Shown: positions 1 through 13,407 of the stretch, piece by piece
How the letters are laid out: the number at the start of each line of letters is the position of its first letter
Position numbering within the stretch: position 1 is the first letter of the stretch
Assembly: GCA_964016885.1 (NCBI GenBank)
Contig: OZ024740.1
Span: 89,156,001-89,220,000 of the forward strand
DNA length: 64,000 nucleotides
Source of the DNA: Eledone cirrhosa
Taxonomy: Eukaryota
Direction: 5' to 3'
Notes under the pieces: generated by a model
Told to the model about the DNA's origin: nothing
The model's database searches: none
What the model saw: only the letters and a program-made list of their open reading frames with translations
Translations under genes and position numbers: made by a program

Positions 1-126
1 TAGAGTTACGGCCCTTTACGTTATGAGTTCAAATCCCGCCGACGTTAGCTTTGCCTTTCATTCTTACTGGGTCGATAAAATAAAGTACCAGTTACGCACT
101 GGAGTCGATTTAATTGACAAATTAAG

Positions 127-166
<40 letters not shown>

Positions 167-344
167 CATGCATCTATATATATGTCTGTGTGTGTTATTA
201 ACACAGATTAAAAGTTTAACCAACCAATTACTACTTTCAACCCAAAGCGCCATCATCTCAAACTTATGTATATATAACCCGGATTGGATTCTCTCACAAT
301 GTTGGTCTTTGTATTTACTGTTACTGCTATATATCTAATCTCTG

Positions 345-412
<68 letters not shown>

Positions 413-590
413 CAGAGATTAGATATATAGCAGTAACAGTAAATACAAAGACCAACATTGTGAGAGAATCCAATCCGGGCTATATATACATAAGTTTGAG
501 ATGATGGCGCTTTGGGTTGAAAGTAGTAATTGGTTGGTTAAACTTTTAATCTGTGTTAATAACACACACAGACATATATATAGATGCATG

Positions 591-633
<43 letters not shown>

Positions 634-758
634 TTAATTTGTCAATTAAATCGACTCCAGTGCGTAACTGGTACTTTATTTTATCGACCCAGTAAGAATG
701 AAAGGCAAAGCTAACGTCGGCGGGATTTGAACTCAGAACGTAAAGGGACGTAACTCTA
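1..758. repeat. Long inverted repeat (foldback) centred on a (TA)n tract; left arm runs off the window
   Basis: 1-~365 is the reverse complement of ~395-758 (tagagtta at 1-8 vs taactcta at 751-758) with only a few substitutions; centre is (CT)n(TA)n(GA)n at ~345-412. Confidence 0.9.
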
Positions 759-805
759 TGTCGCGAAGCATGGTGACGCTCAACCGTTACTGCCAATCCA
801 CCGCC
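641..805 (-). mobile_element. tRNA-derived SINE (family A); mirrored partial copy at 1-120 (+)
   Basis: B-box-like gagttcaaatccc followed by gccgacgttagctttgcctttcattc..gggtcgataaaataaagtaccagt; same sequence recurs at 14.85, 15.04, 41.6 and 44.9 kb. Confidence 0.8.
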
Positions 806-1164
806 TTTATATAACATATAATGACAGAAAGAATACGATCGCCAATACAAGAGGTGGAAATGGCGTTCCCCCGAAGGGTCTCTACAGTAACGTTATTGGA
901 TAGAATGCGTAGCTCTGATATAAATGGGTCACTTTTGATACGGTTGCTTCTGACAGGGCCTGCTGCATTGATTGTTTCAGATTTATGCCTTCATAACCCT
1001 CTCGGAAATATTTGAGCGAAGAAGAAGATATGTCATATTAAATTTAGAATGGATTATAATTTGCAGGTGTTCTTCGTCATGATCGTTAATAGCACGTGTC
1101 CTTGTTTAATGCTAGAAGGGGCTCTCTATTTCGCTTAGCAAATTAATGATCCCCGTGTATCCTT

Positions 1165-4100
1165 TCTTACAAATCTCATATGACGCCCTGCAGTATCCCC
1201 TTCTTTTTCCGTACGGAGAAGACGGGTACTATTTCGGCATTCCTCACCACAAACCAAACGAGCCCACTGCTGCGACATCTAAAACTGTTTCATGTATGGC
1301 TTTCTACTCATACCGCTTCATGACAAAGCATAATGATTTTAGCCCCCTGCACAGCTCACGGGAACTGTTTCACCAGTTTGCAGTTGACATGGCTGCAAAG
1401 ATGGAGTCCGAGAGACTGTGCTTCATCAAATTGAATCAGAAGCAGCTGCGCTCAGACGCCTACATACATTTTCGTGACGGCATCAGGAATGACACTGACG
1501 CCCGAAACATCGGCAAGATGTGCATCTCCCCTCAACCTATACAGGGGGCACACGGTACATGCACGAGCGAACACAAGACGCTATGACTTACGTTCGGCAT
1601 TATGGGCGACCCGATTTATTCATCACTTTTACATGTAACCCAAAGTGGCTTGAGGTAATGCGAGAACTTCTCCCAGGGCAGCAGTACTGCCATCGCCCTG
1701 ATATTATTGCAAGGGTTTTCAGGCAGAAGTTCGCTAAGCTCATTGATTTAATAAAAAAAGGGCAGGTTTTGGGGCCTGTTAAGTGCCACATGTATACTGT
1801 TGAGTGGCAGAAAAGAGGGTTGCCACACGCGCACATTTTGCTTTGGTTGGTCAACATAATAGACCCGACAGTTCTTGATGACATCACCGCAGCAGAAATC
1901 CCGGACCCAACTGTTGACCGGCAGCTGTACGACATTGTGAAGGCACACATGATGCACGGTCCGTGCGGTCCCGGTTTGCAAAAGTTCTGCTCATGCCACA
2001 AAGACCATATGTGCACTAAACGATACACAAAGAGGTTCGTGGAGGAGACCCAGACCGGCGGCGACGGATACCCACTGTACAGACGAAGGCACCCTGACAA
2101 TGGAGGATTCACTATGACGTTACGGGGTCATCAAGTGGATAATAGGTGGGTAGTCCCGTACTGTCCATTTCTGATGAAAACTTTTAACGCTCACATAAAT
2201 GTGGAGTTCTGTCATTCAGTAAAGTCTATAAAGTATATATGTAAATATGTTAACAGGGGTTCTGACGCTGCCATGTTCGGCCTCCAAAAGGACAATAGCA
2301 TGGACGAGGTGTCGGAGTATTGGCAGGTCGATACATAAGCAGTGGTGAAGCTTTATGGCGGATATTTGGGTTTCCGCTTCACCAAAGGCACCCCGCCATC
2401 ATAGAACTAGCGGTTCATTTGGAAAATGGCCAGCGAGCTTACTTTACTGAACAGACTGCTGCTCAATTGGCGGCAAATCCAAAACAAACAACTTTGACCG
2501 GTTCCTTTAGGCTTTGCCAAATTGACACATTTGCCAAAACACTTTTATACCATCAGGTCCCGTCCTACTACGTGTGCTCAAACAACAATTGGGTGCGTAG
2601 GAAGTCGGGTCGGGATGTTGAAGGACATCCTGGTGTCAAGTTTAACAGTTGCCTAGGAAGAGTGTACACTCTACCTCCAAACCAACATGAGTGTTTTCAC
2701 CTGCGGCTTCTACTCCATGAGGTTTTAGGCCCACAAAGTTTTCAAGACATCAGAACTGTTGACGGTGTATTACGTGATGCTTTCCGCGAAGCCTGCTTTC
2801 GGTGTGGACTTTTGGAGGACGATTCACAATGGGGCGCCACTATGGCGGAGGGTGTTTCGTTAAAATCTCCTAAAAAAAATCAGATCGCTTTTCGCTATTC
2901 TACTCCTATGGTGTGACTTGGCTGATCCCGCCTCTGTATGGCTTACCTACAAAGATTATATGTCTGAGGATTTCCTGCGTCACGCTCAATGACTACATCC
3001 ATCAATGGAGGTCGGGTACAGTGACCTCATTTACAACAGGGCGCTGCTTGAAATCGAAGATACTGTACTTGATATGGGCGGTAGTGCCTTGGCGGTATAT
3101 GGCCTACCTTCAACAAACTGGGAACGCACAGACACTCTGTCTTCAGATTTGCTGCGTGAGACATGTTTTAATGTTGACGAGCTTGCACAGTACATAGCTG
3201 AGAATGAGCCAAAGCTACTTCCAGAACAGAAGTTCGCTTACAACTTCGTTGTTAATTCAGTCCGGGCCAAAGCTGGGGGGATTTTGTTCCTGGACGCTCC
3301 TGGGGGCACTGGGAAAACCTTTGTCAACAAATTAATATTGACTGAGATTAGGCGAACACAAGGAATTGCCCTAGCTGTGGCATCATCTGGAATTGCGGCT
3401 ACTTTGTTGCCAGGCGGCAGGACAGCTCACTCCACTTTCAAGCTCCCGCTTGACTTAGCGAAGACTGAGACACCAACTTGCAACATCAGTAACAGCTCCG
3501 ATCAGGCAGAGGTCTGTAGATGATGCAAGCTTATCGTTTGGGATGAATGCACGATGGCCCACAGAGGTGCTCTTGAGGCACTAGATAGATCTATCAGAGA
3601 CATCAAACACTCTACAGCTCCCATGGGAGGCATAACACTTCATCTTTCAGGGGACTTCCGGCAAACACTTCCCGTTATTCCCAAAGGGACTAGAGCTGAT
3701 GCAGTAAGTGCGTGTCTTAAGTCATCCACATTGTGGCCACTGGTGAACACTCTCAAACTTCACACTAACATGCGTGCTCATATGCGACGTGATATCACAT
3801 CAGCAGCATTTTCTCACACCCTCCTTGCACTTGGCGAAGGCAAAATAACCGGGGATGAAAATGGTAATATTGCCATCGATTCCATTTGTACCATTCTTAA
3901 TACGTCTTCTGATCTCACAGATGCAGTGTTCCCAGATCTACAAGCTAATTATCAGAATATGGATTGGATTGGCCAAAGGGCTATTCTGGCCCTGAGGAAT
4001 AAAACTGTTCACCATATTAATGATCAAATACTAAACCTCATTCCTGGGGATGGCCATGTATATTAGACTATCGATACAACTCCTGACCCAGAGGACGTCA

Positions 4101-4580
4101 TCAACTATCCAATAGAGGTACTCAATTCCTTTGAGCCCCCCGGACTACCACCACACATTCTCAAACTTAAAGTTGGTGCCCCTATAATGCTCATTAGAAA
4201 TTTGGTTCCCCCGAAACAATGCAATGGCACACGTTTGATCGTTAAGTCCTTATCTCCCAGTCTGATTGAGGCCACGATTATCACAGGGTGCGGTCGAGGC
4301 AACGTTGTGCTCATACCTAGGATGTATCTTTTCCCATCAGGAGCAGACCTACCTTTCACATTTCGGGGGTCCCAGTTCCCAGTAAGGCCATGTTTCGCTA
4401 TGTCAATTAACAAAGCATAGGATCAAACACTGTCTGTGGCGGGAATACATTTGGAGGAGCCATGTTTCTCTCATGGTCAGCTTTACGTTGGCTGCTCGCG
4501 TGTTGGCAGCAAGAGTGATGCTTTCGCGTTCGTTCCACAACGAAAAACGAAAAACATTGTGTACAAGGAGGTTTTATAGG
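1165..4580 (+). pseudogene. Helitron RepHel (HUH Rep + PIF1-like helicase), frameshifted
   Basis: SYDALQYPLLFP, YGRPDLFITFTCNPKW, EWQKRGLPHAHILLW (HUH), SIKYICKYVNRG, DAPGGTGKT (Walker A), GDFRQTLPV, QFPVRPCFAMSINKA across successive frames with stops. Confidence 0.93.
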
Positions 4581-5424
4581 ATTACTACGCTTCATCATTT
4601 TGGAACAACACGTTAGTATTTCACTTACATACGACTCTCTTTTATGATGGCATTTACATTTTTAGGCGTTTCCTGAAATTACTTCACACTTAACCAACAC
4701 CTTCCTCCGCTCACCCCTATTTCCATCCATTCGTCATCAAACCAGCAGCCTCATCTTCTATATTCAACGTACATGAGACATCTACCCCTACATCTACACT
4801 CTCATTATTAAAGTTTACATCAGCGACAACACGATCGAAACATAGACTTTCAAAACTAAGCAACAGATCATTTTATACAACAACGAATTTACTCATAACG
4901 CCGATCAATGAAAACAACATCTCCACCGCAGACGTGTTGTGATTCATCTATTAAGCACCACTACAGTCTTGCCGGTCTGACATATGGTGAGTAGATGCTA
5001 TTGTTCTAGATTTTATAAATTACCCGTATTTACTTACCCATACTTAATTCCCCTCTTGCCTACATAGGGCATCGATTCTCTTTTAACACACCATGGAGTT
5101 TTGTAACAGCACATCCGCTGCCGTTTGTGGAAAACGAAGAGGTCCTATTCACCTTCTAACGTTTTACACCCCCTTCCACGACTATCAAATTCTTACAATT
5201 ATGAGAACAATAACATGGCCCTTTTCAAGGAAACCTCATATTCAATTCTTACACCATTCTACGAGGGTGTAGGAACCCCTTTACAGGCCTTTCTATACAC
5301 TTACAAATATATTCATTCGGCGTAAACTTATATCAATCTTTGCCTGAATAAACATAATTCCGTGCAATCATTAACAGTAATTTCAAGCAATTCAGCCCCG
5401 AGCAACGCCGGGCACTTCTGCTAG
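1165..5424 (+). mobile_element. Helitron 1 (5'-truncated, decayed) with intact 3' terminus
   Basis: RepHel fragments 1165-4580; subterminal hairpin cccg-agcaacgc-cggg (5397-5412) then CTAG (5421-5424) followed by T, the canonical Helitron 3' end. Confidence 0.92.
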
Positions 5425-8400
5425 TACATCATAAAATATAATTCTGCCTTTCAAATGACATCTTTTGGGGCAGACAGGAATGTCACGGACTTTAGATTCT
5501 GTACAACTTATAAAATTCAGGGACAGTGTTACCAGTTAATGGTGGCCTTCTGCACTTTCACAGGAACCTCACAAATTTGTACAGGTTTATGAGTGGAAAT
5601 GAAACACAGGCACAACAAAGATTTACCATGTCCATGGTGATTTGCAGTTCTACATATTCATAAAGTTACAAGAAATGCTTCACCAACACCACATGTACGT
5701 CAGTCTATTTAAATATGCACTGGAGCATATGAACAACACCAGAGGTCGTAAAAGCATCATTAGAGCAGACAAACGCCCAGCTTCAGAACATGAACGCATA
5801 TTCAATGCACCTGTTACTGATGAAGTTGCAATCATAATGGTTGATGAATAGCATGAACGACGTAACATTGTTTTGCAAAAACGAAGTGGACATTTGAAGC
5901 GAAATTGTGAAACTCATAGAGCCTATGATTCACTCCAATATCGGCTCGTCTTTTGGAATGATCAAGATGGATATTATTTTCAGCTACGGCAGATCAGCCG
6001 AGGAACGGGACAAGAGACTCGCCAATCAATCAGCTGCTACGAATTCTATGCTTATCATTTCGTGATACGTGACCACTTCAACCAAGTTCTGCGATTCAAA
6101 TAAGTAACCAGCCAGTTCATGGTGGATATGTATGCCAAAATTGAAACAGAAAGATTGGGTTTTCTGAGAAGGAATCAAACTAAGTTGAGGGCAGATAACT
6201 ACATCAACCTTAGAGATGCCATCAATTCTGATGTTGATACCAAAAATATTGGCCAGCCAGTCATACTACCATTAAACTTCACGGGAGGACCACGTTACAT
6301 GCATGCACGTACGTAAGATGCAATGGCCTATGTCAGAAAATTTGGTCGGCCAGATCTCTTCATTACATTTACATGCAATTCAAACTGGTCAGAAATATCA
6401 AATGAATTATTTCAAGATCAAAAACCAAAGGATCGACATGACCTCATTGCTCGGGTTTTCCATGAAATGCAAACAAAAAACTCATCTGTCTCCTAAAAGA
6501 AGGAAGAATCTTTGGTGAGCTTAGTGCTTGGATGACCACTCTTGAGTGGCAGAAGAGAAGTCTTCCTCACTCTCACACACTAATCTGGTGCAAGGAGAAG
6601 ATAAGACCAGATGATGTTGATAAGATCATTTCAGCAGAATTGCCTGATAAAGGTGGTGATCCAGAGCTCTTTGAAACCATCAAGTCCAAACTCATTCATG
6701 GTCCATGTGGGGTAATCAATCCAGCCTCTCCATGCATGAAAGATAAAAAATGCAGCAAACATTATCCTAGAGCTTTTATTCGGGAAACTCGGACTGACAA
6801 TAATGGATACCCCCTTTATCGTAGGCGTAGTCCAGAACATGGACGCAATACTGCAAGCCTAACAGTTCGAGGAGAGGAGCTGACCATAAACAATTGTTGT
6901 GTAAACTTTCAAAAGCTCATCTCAATGTTGAGTACTGCAGCTCCGGAAAAGCTATCCTATATGTCACAAAATATATCAACAAGGGCAGTGACATGGCTAC
7001 CTTTATTACGGACAAATAACTCAATAATGGTGGGCTGGATGAGGTCAAACGGTATCAAATAGGTCGATACATCTCCAGCAATGAAGCTATCTGGCGAATC
7101 TTTGGGTTTGATATCCCCCAACGCCACCCAACAGTGGTCAACCTCGCAGTCCATCTGGTAACTGGACAGAGAGTGTACTTCACTGAGATCACTGCTCATC
7201 AGTTGGCACAAGCATCACATGACACCACACTAACTGCTTTCTTTAAACTCTGCCAGAATGATGAATTTGCTCGATCGCTCCTATATGCTGAAGTCCCAAC
7301 ATACTACACCTGGACAAATTGCAAGTCCTGGAATTTAAGAAATCAGGGTAATTTATTGGAAGATCATGAAGTCAAGTCAAGTGATGCTATTGGGCGTGTT
7401 TACAATGTCCATCCCAACAACAGAGAATGTTTATTTTTACGGCTACTTCTGCATACTGTTCCTGGACCGACGTCATTTGAGGATCTTAGATGCTTCAGAG
7501 GAAGAGAGTGTGCAACATACCAAGAAGCATGTAAACAGCATAGACTCCTGCATGACAATGGACACTGGAAGAAGTACCTAGAAGAAGCAATCACTCAAGT
7601 AGGCAGTCAAATAAGACAATTATTTGCTATTATGCTCACATGTGGAATTGATGAAGCTCATCTACTCTGGCAGGAGTACAAAAACAATATGTCGGACGAC
7701 TATCTACACCTAGCCCGAAGACATCATGGCAATATGTATATGGAATATACTCCCAATCAACAATATACTACAATCAAGTTCTCTGTGACCTGTGCCATCG
7801 AGTTCAGGCAATGAATAGCACATTAAGTAACTGCGGGATGCCAGAGCCAGATGAAGAAATGGAGGTAGCACAAAACATGTTTCAGGAGACAAACTACGAT
7901 ATTCAATTATTGCGTAAGTTTGTGGATGAAAATGAACCTCGATTAATGGATGACCAGAAATACGCCTACCACATCATCGGAAACGTTCAAAAGGACAGGG
8001 GAGGACATTTATGAATCGATGCTCCTGCTGGCACAGGCAAGACATTCCTCATAAACCTTCTGCTTGCAAAAGTTCGCCAAACGCAACATATTGCCCTTGC
8101 TGAGGCTTCAAGTGGCATTCCAGCAGCACTTCTGGATAGAGGAAGAACTGCACACTCCATGTTTAAGCTGCCCATAGATCTCACACGGCATGAACAATCT
8201 TTTTGCAACATCAAGAAGAACTCACCCAAGGGCAAGCTTCTGCAAACATGCAAGATGATAATTTGGGATGAAGCTACTATTATCCATAAAGGAGCAATTG
8301 AAGCTTTGGACCGGACGATAAGGGATCTGAGAGAAAATAGTTGCATAATGGGAGGAATGACAATGGTTGTTGCTGGTGATTTCAGACAAACTCAGGCTGT

Positions 8401-9439
8401 ACTCAGACAAACTCGAGCTGATCAGGTCAATGCCTGTCTGAAAACATCCTATCTCTGGCTCCACTTCCAGCTGCTGAGTCTTACAACCGACATGCGAGTG
8501 CACTTAACTGGTGACGAAGGGGTCAGTAAGTTTGCCATCCAACTACTTAAATTGGGAAATGGACTCCTTGAAAAGGACTCCAATGACCACATTCAGTTTT
8601 CATTTGGCCATATCCTTGACACAGAACAAGAACTGATTGCGAGAGTGTTTCCAAACATTCAGACCAGGCAATGTGATCCGAAACGGCTCTGTGAACGAGC
8701 TGTCTTAGCATCTAAACATGTTGCTGTGAAATAAATCAACAGAAGGCTGCTGGATATGTTACCGGGAGAGAAAACATGCTACAAATCAGTTGACACAATC
8801 ACTTCTCAAGACCAGGTTGTAAACTATCCAACTGAATTTTTGAACAGTCTTGAACAAGCCGGAATTCCTTCACACAATCTGATACTGAAGCTTGGAGCAT
8901 CGGTTATGCTACTTCGCAATCTGGATCCTCCAAAACTTTGTAATGGCACAAGGCTCATCATGAAAAATATGATGTCCAATATTCTAGAAGTTGCAATCAT
9001 GTCAGCAAAATTTGCTGGCGACAATTGTTTCATTCCCAGAATACCTCTGCAGCCACCTGATTTGCCATTTGAATTTCAAAGACTTCAATTTCCGATCAGG
9101 CTCCGTTTTACCATGACCATTAATACATCTCAAGGGCAATCATTGAAAGTCGTTGGGTTGAATCTGGAAGATCCTGTCTTTTCGCACGGTCAACTCTATG
9201 TTGGCACAACAAGGGTTGGGAACTCTGATTGTCTCTTCATTGTGGCACCACAGGGCAAAACCAAGATTGTTGTTTATCCAACTTTGGATATGAGCAATGT
9301 CGTAATTCCTCATTCAATAACAATACACACAGATCCTAATTCCCTAGTCATGTAGTTTTAAAGGAATTCTGAAGCCGCACATTTACTGCATGGTGTTACC
9401 TTGGAAGAATATGCAGGCATTCCCGGGTACCTCTGCTAT
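5425..9439 (+). mobile_element. Helitron 2 (5'-truncated, decayed), a different family from Helitron 1
   Basis: Starts mid-Rep (YIIKYNSAFQMTSFGA from 5425); EWQKRSLPHSH, DAPAGTGKT, QFPIRLRFTMTINTSQGQSL, FSHGQLYV; degenerate end ggcattcccgggtacctctgCTAT at ~9416-9439. Confidence 0.88.
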
Positions 9440-9927
9440 ATAAAGTAGTATAAGTGAGTACTTTGTTGGGTAGAAATAACAGCCAAATTTCCTTCAAATT
9501 TCACCTGACTTTCTCAGGTATGTATATATGTATGAAGCAAAAAGAAATGGTTCTATGTGATAACTCGATCTACTAGAAATATTAGCAAAATCCATTTCAA
9601 ATCACAAACAACTGTCTTACACACATACATGTGTGTGTATGTATCTATGTATGTCATGTGAGCCACTATAACTGATGGTATAGCTAATAGAAATAGAAAA
9701 CAAATCTCCCTCAAACAAGATCCTACTGCCATAGAGGCAAAGATTGGTGAAAGCTACAGTGTACAAATTTAAATACACTTTCCTCAAATTACAGAAAAGA
9801 GTAAGTAAATGCTTCATTTAATCATAAACGAAAGCTAAATTGATTTTATTATTTTATTTATGGTTTTTAAAATATTCTTTACATGTTGTTTGAATTTCAG
9901 AGGTTCAGATTGAGCAAAAAAAAGAAA

Positions 9928-9928
9928 A

Positions 9929-9976
<48 letters not shown>

Positions 9977-9978
9977 AA
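9928..9978. repeat. (GAAA)n microsatellite
   Basis: About 12 consecutive gaaa units. Confidence 0.95.
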
Positions 9979-10244
9979 TCTGAATGTATTTCTTTGGTCA
10001 TGCCCTGACAACATACCTAATGATTAATCTATGAGTAAAGCATTATATATGCTGACTGTAATAGGGAGCAATATTCGAAAAATCACCACTGGAAAAAACT
10101 AATATTTTTATCTAGATGATTTACTTTGACCAAACGGCAGTAAATATTGTGCTATGATTCCTACTTTGGTTAAAATTCAGCAATCATATTTAAATGGTCA
10201 AATATTTTGTAATGTGTGCCAAATATATGGTAAATTTCATAAAA

Positions 10245-10273
10245 TACCCGGGTATCACCGGGTAGCTCAGCTA

Positions 10274-10274
<1 letters not shown>
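10245..10274 (+). mobile_element. Orphan Helitron-type 3' terminus (probable non-autonomous Helitron end)
   Basis: Hairpin tacccgg-gtatca-ccgggta, then gctcag-CTAG, then T of a (TA)n tract; same layout as 5397-5424. Confidence 0.7.
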
Positions 10275-10303
<29 letters not shown>

Positions 10304-10308
<5 letters not shown>

Positions 10309-12677
10309 TTTGATAACTTTGATAATTTTGATAGGTTTCGGCCAGTATTGGCCCAAGCCATGTCTAAACTTAATAGCACCACCTGGCAAAGTCTTACAAA
10401 TAAGTGTTTGGGCACCATGGCCCACTCGAGCAGAGAGTTATTGTTTACGGAGACATATCCGGGTGTAGGAGGCTTATCCGGGATTTCTTGAAGGAATTTA
10501 TCCAAGACTTCTTGAACTTGATACGCTCTGTCTCTACTTTGATGTGTCTTGGTGTAATGTTAAAGAGTGCAGGGCCAATTGAGGTGAAATAATTGTGACG
10601 TATTGTTGTTATGTGATGCGAGTGAGACTTTTGTCGTGGGCGGATAGCTCGGGCCCCAAGCCTTGGGTGTACACTAAAGGTGATGCCAACATGATTTGGG
10701 CAAAGCTGATGGAATATTTACCACATCATGCAGATAATGTAGCGCTCACGGTGACGTTGGAGAGAAAAAAGTTTGAACTGTTCTAATCGACTCCAATAGT
10801 CAAGGCCTGTCATGACATCTATCTTTTTTGTAATTGACCTCTGGGGTGCTTCAACTTTCATTATACTTGGTTTTGTGTGGGGTGACCAGAGTGGACAACA
10901 GTATCCAAGGTGGGGTCGGGCAAAAGTGGAGAAGAGAAGGACACCAGTGTGGATATCTCTCGACTGGAAAGTTCTAAGAATCCAGGATCACATTCTGCGG
11001 GCCATATCAACTTTGCTGTTTATATGAGTGGCCCAGCTTATGTTATCCACAATTACTCCCAGGTATCTGATGTTATTGGATGCCACTAGAGTTTCACCCG
11101 AAGGAAGAGAGTATGGTAGTTTCAGGGCATCCTTTGTTACACAGTGGATTAATTCAAATGTATCCTCAATCAACAGCATATTATTCATTTCTGCCCATTG
11201 GATAACAGCCAGTAGGTCTGACTGAAGGCAAGTCACGTCACCCACCTCATTGATGACCCTTTGGAGCTTGGAATCATCTGCGAAGATTCTGATGTTGCTG
11301 TGTTTGATGATGTCAGTAATGTCATTAACCTAGATGATGAAAAGAAGTGGGCCCAACCCAGTGCCTTGTGGGACGCCACTGCTGATTTTGGCAGGGCTTG
11401 ATTTTACTCCTTCGACCACAACATGCTGGCTTCTGCCTGTCAGGAAACATTTGATCTACTGTAGTAACCTTCCAGAGACACCAACATTGGATATTTTTTT
11501 CAGCAGAATCTTATGATCAAGCCTGTCGAAGGCCTTGCTGAAGTCAAGGTAGATGACATCAGTGTTGGAGCCCTCTCCCAAGGCTCTCAAAACATCGTCA
11601 AAGTGATGCAGGAGCTGCGTTAGGCAGTCACTTCCATTACTGAACCCATGCTGGTTGGAGTTCAGCAGGCAGTTGCTTTCAAGAAAGTGGGTTATTCGTA
11701 ACTCACCACCCTCTCAAATACCTTGATAATATGAGAGGTGAGTGAGATCGGACGGTAGCTCACTGAAAGGGACTTATTTCACTTTTTGAAGACTGGGACA
11801 ACGGATTGCGACAGAAAGTTTTCAGGAATATAGCCAGTGTCCAGTGAGTTCCCCTACAGATTAGCAAGAGGAGATGTAAGTTGGTGTCGACACACCTTCA
11901 GGACACAAACAGGGAACCTGTCAGGGCTTACTACTGAATTGTGTTTGATTTCGTTTATTGCCGCTAAGACATCAGGGGCGCCAAACGTTATGTCTAATAT
12001 AGTGTGTTGGGGATTAACATCACTGATACGGCCCAGATCGGCCATATCAGGATTACTGAAAACAGAGCAGTATTGTTTCTGCAGTAACTCGCCCATTGTC
12101 CTAGAGTGTGCCATTTTCATCAACTAGGGGCCATCAGTGGGGCGGTGACCTTGTGTTTTGTAGAAAACGAAAAAAACACTTTGTGGTTGAGTTTGATTTT
12201 CTCAATGGCCCACCTCTCTTCAGCTGTTCTCTGGTTATTGATGATGGTCATCATGCATTGCTGGAGGTTATATTTTTTTTACTCAAGCAGAGTGACAGGC
12301 ATTGAATGTGTGTGTTGCTGTTGGCAGTATTTTAGTGTATTAACTTTTTTGTTTGTTGTTTTTATTTTTCTGGTAATTGCTTTTCTGTTTTGGGGGATAC
12401 TGCACCAGGTTTTGTTCACAGGCTGTGTTTTGTACATATATTTGTGAATGTCTCCAAAGATCTGCCAAGATGTTTTGATGTTGGTGGAAGTGTGTGGGTG
12501 TGTAAAAGACCAGTCGACATGTAATAGTTCGTTCATAATTGCATCCCAGTTGGCATTGTAGAGATCCATGTTATCGAATGGGTGGGCTGGAGAGAGGACT
12601 CTGGGATTAGCTTTCGGCTGGTGGAATCTCAGGTTACGAAGAACCATGTCATGGTCTGAGAGAAGGCTTTTTTCCAA
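10304..12677 (-). mobile_element. CR1/Jockey-group LINE, 5'-truncated, decayed ORF2 (APE end + RT)
   Basis: Minus strand reads LSDH (APE end), YLDFSKAFDRLDH, SGVPQGTGLGPLLF, IRIFADDSKL and C-terminal DKFLQEIPDKPPTPGY; short tandem tail (ttatcaaag) at 10304-10333; both ends in (TA)n. Confidence 0.88.
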
Positions 12678-12703
12678 GTAATATTATATATATATATACA
12701 TAC

Positions 12704-12780
<77 letters not shown>

Positions 12781-12784
<4 letters not shown>

Positions 12785-12868
12785 TGTTATACTTTGGGAG
12801 GGTCATGTTGCCAATAAGAAACGTGTGTTTCTTATTGGCAACATGACCCTCCCAAAGTATAAAAATAT
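12781..12868. repeat. Perfect 36-bp hairpin made of a Penelope-like element terminus
   Basis: ttatactttgggagggtcatgttgccaataagaaac-gtgt-reverse complement; the same arm ends the PLE copies at ~52345-52375 and 56874-56913. Confidence 0.8.
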
Positions 12869-12926
12869 CGGTTTCAACACACGATTTCAGATAAAGAATC
12901 TTGCTAAACAAATTCAGAAACGAAAT

Positions 12927-12957
<31 letters not shown>

Positions 12958-12974
12958 GAAAAATGGCGTCCTTC

Positions 12975-13407
12975 ATGGTTGCACATGGGTTACATATGAA
13001 TAAAATTAGTCCTTCATCACTGATCTTCCAACCTTCATTGGTATTTCTTCGCTTTTAATATCATATACCTCTGGTTGGTGCGAGCAATAACTAAAGAAAG
13101 ATATTGGGACCCGTAAAATAGGGTGAAGCGAGCGAGACATGTAAACAAACATAGATGGTAATGCAACGGAAAGAGAGGAAGAGAAAAGACAAGTCCGCGA
13201 TATCTATGAACTTAAGTTCTGTGAAATCATAGACGACAGATAAAGACCATCCGACCTGGGTGAGATGTGAGAGAGAAAAGGATTTCACGCAGGTCAAACG
13301 GGAGGAAGTGGGAGAGGGGAGGTAGTAGAGAGTGAGTGAGTGAAAATGTGAGGAAGAGGCCAGCTGAGAGAGAGTAACTTGCTATACCTCTGGTTGGTGC
13401 GAGCAAT
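12975..13407 (-). repeat. Terminally redundant non-coding repeat (~319-bp period), related to 53062-53770
   Basis: tatacctctggttggtgcgagcaat at 13064 and 13383; minus strand atcagtgatgaaggactaattttattcatatgtaacccatgtgc matches atcactgatgagggactcattttattacatgttatccatgtgc at 53203. Confidence 0.6.

Noticed and set aside
1520-4420. Host PIF1 helicase gene
   Set aside because: It is fused to an HUH Rep domain, intronless, disrupted and followed by a Helitron terminus.
9470-9730. Three loose copies of tagaaata.cagccaaat..tcaaa
   Set aside because: Short decayed pieces of a dispersed repeat, also inside the 52-56 kb unit; no definable element boundaries.
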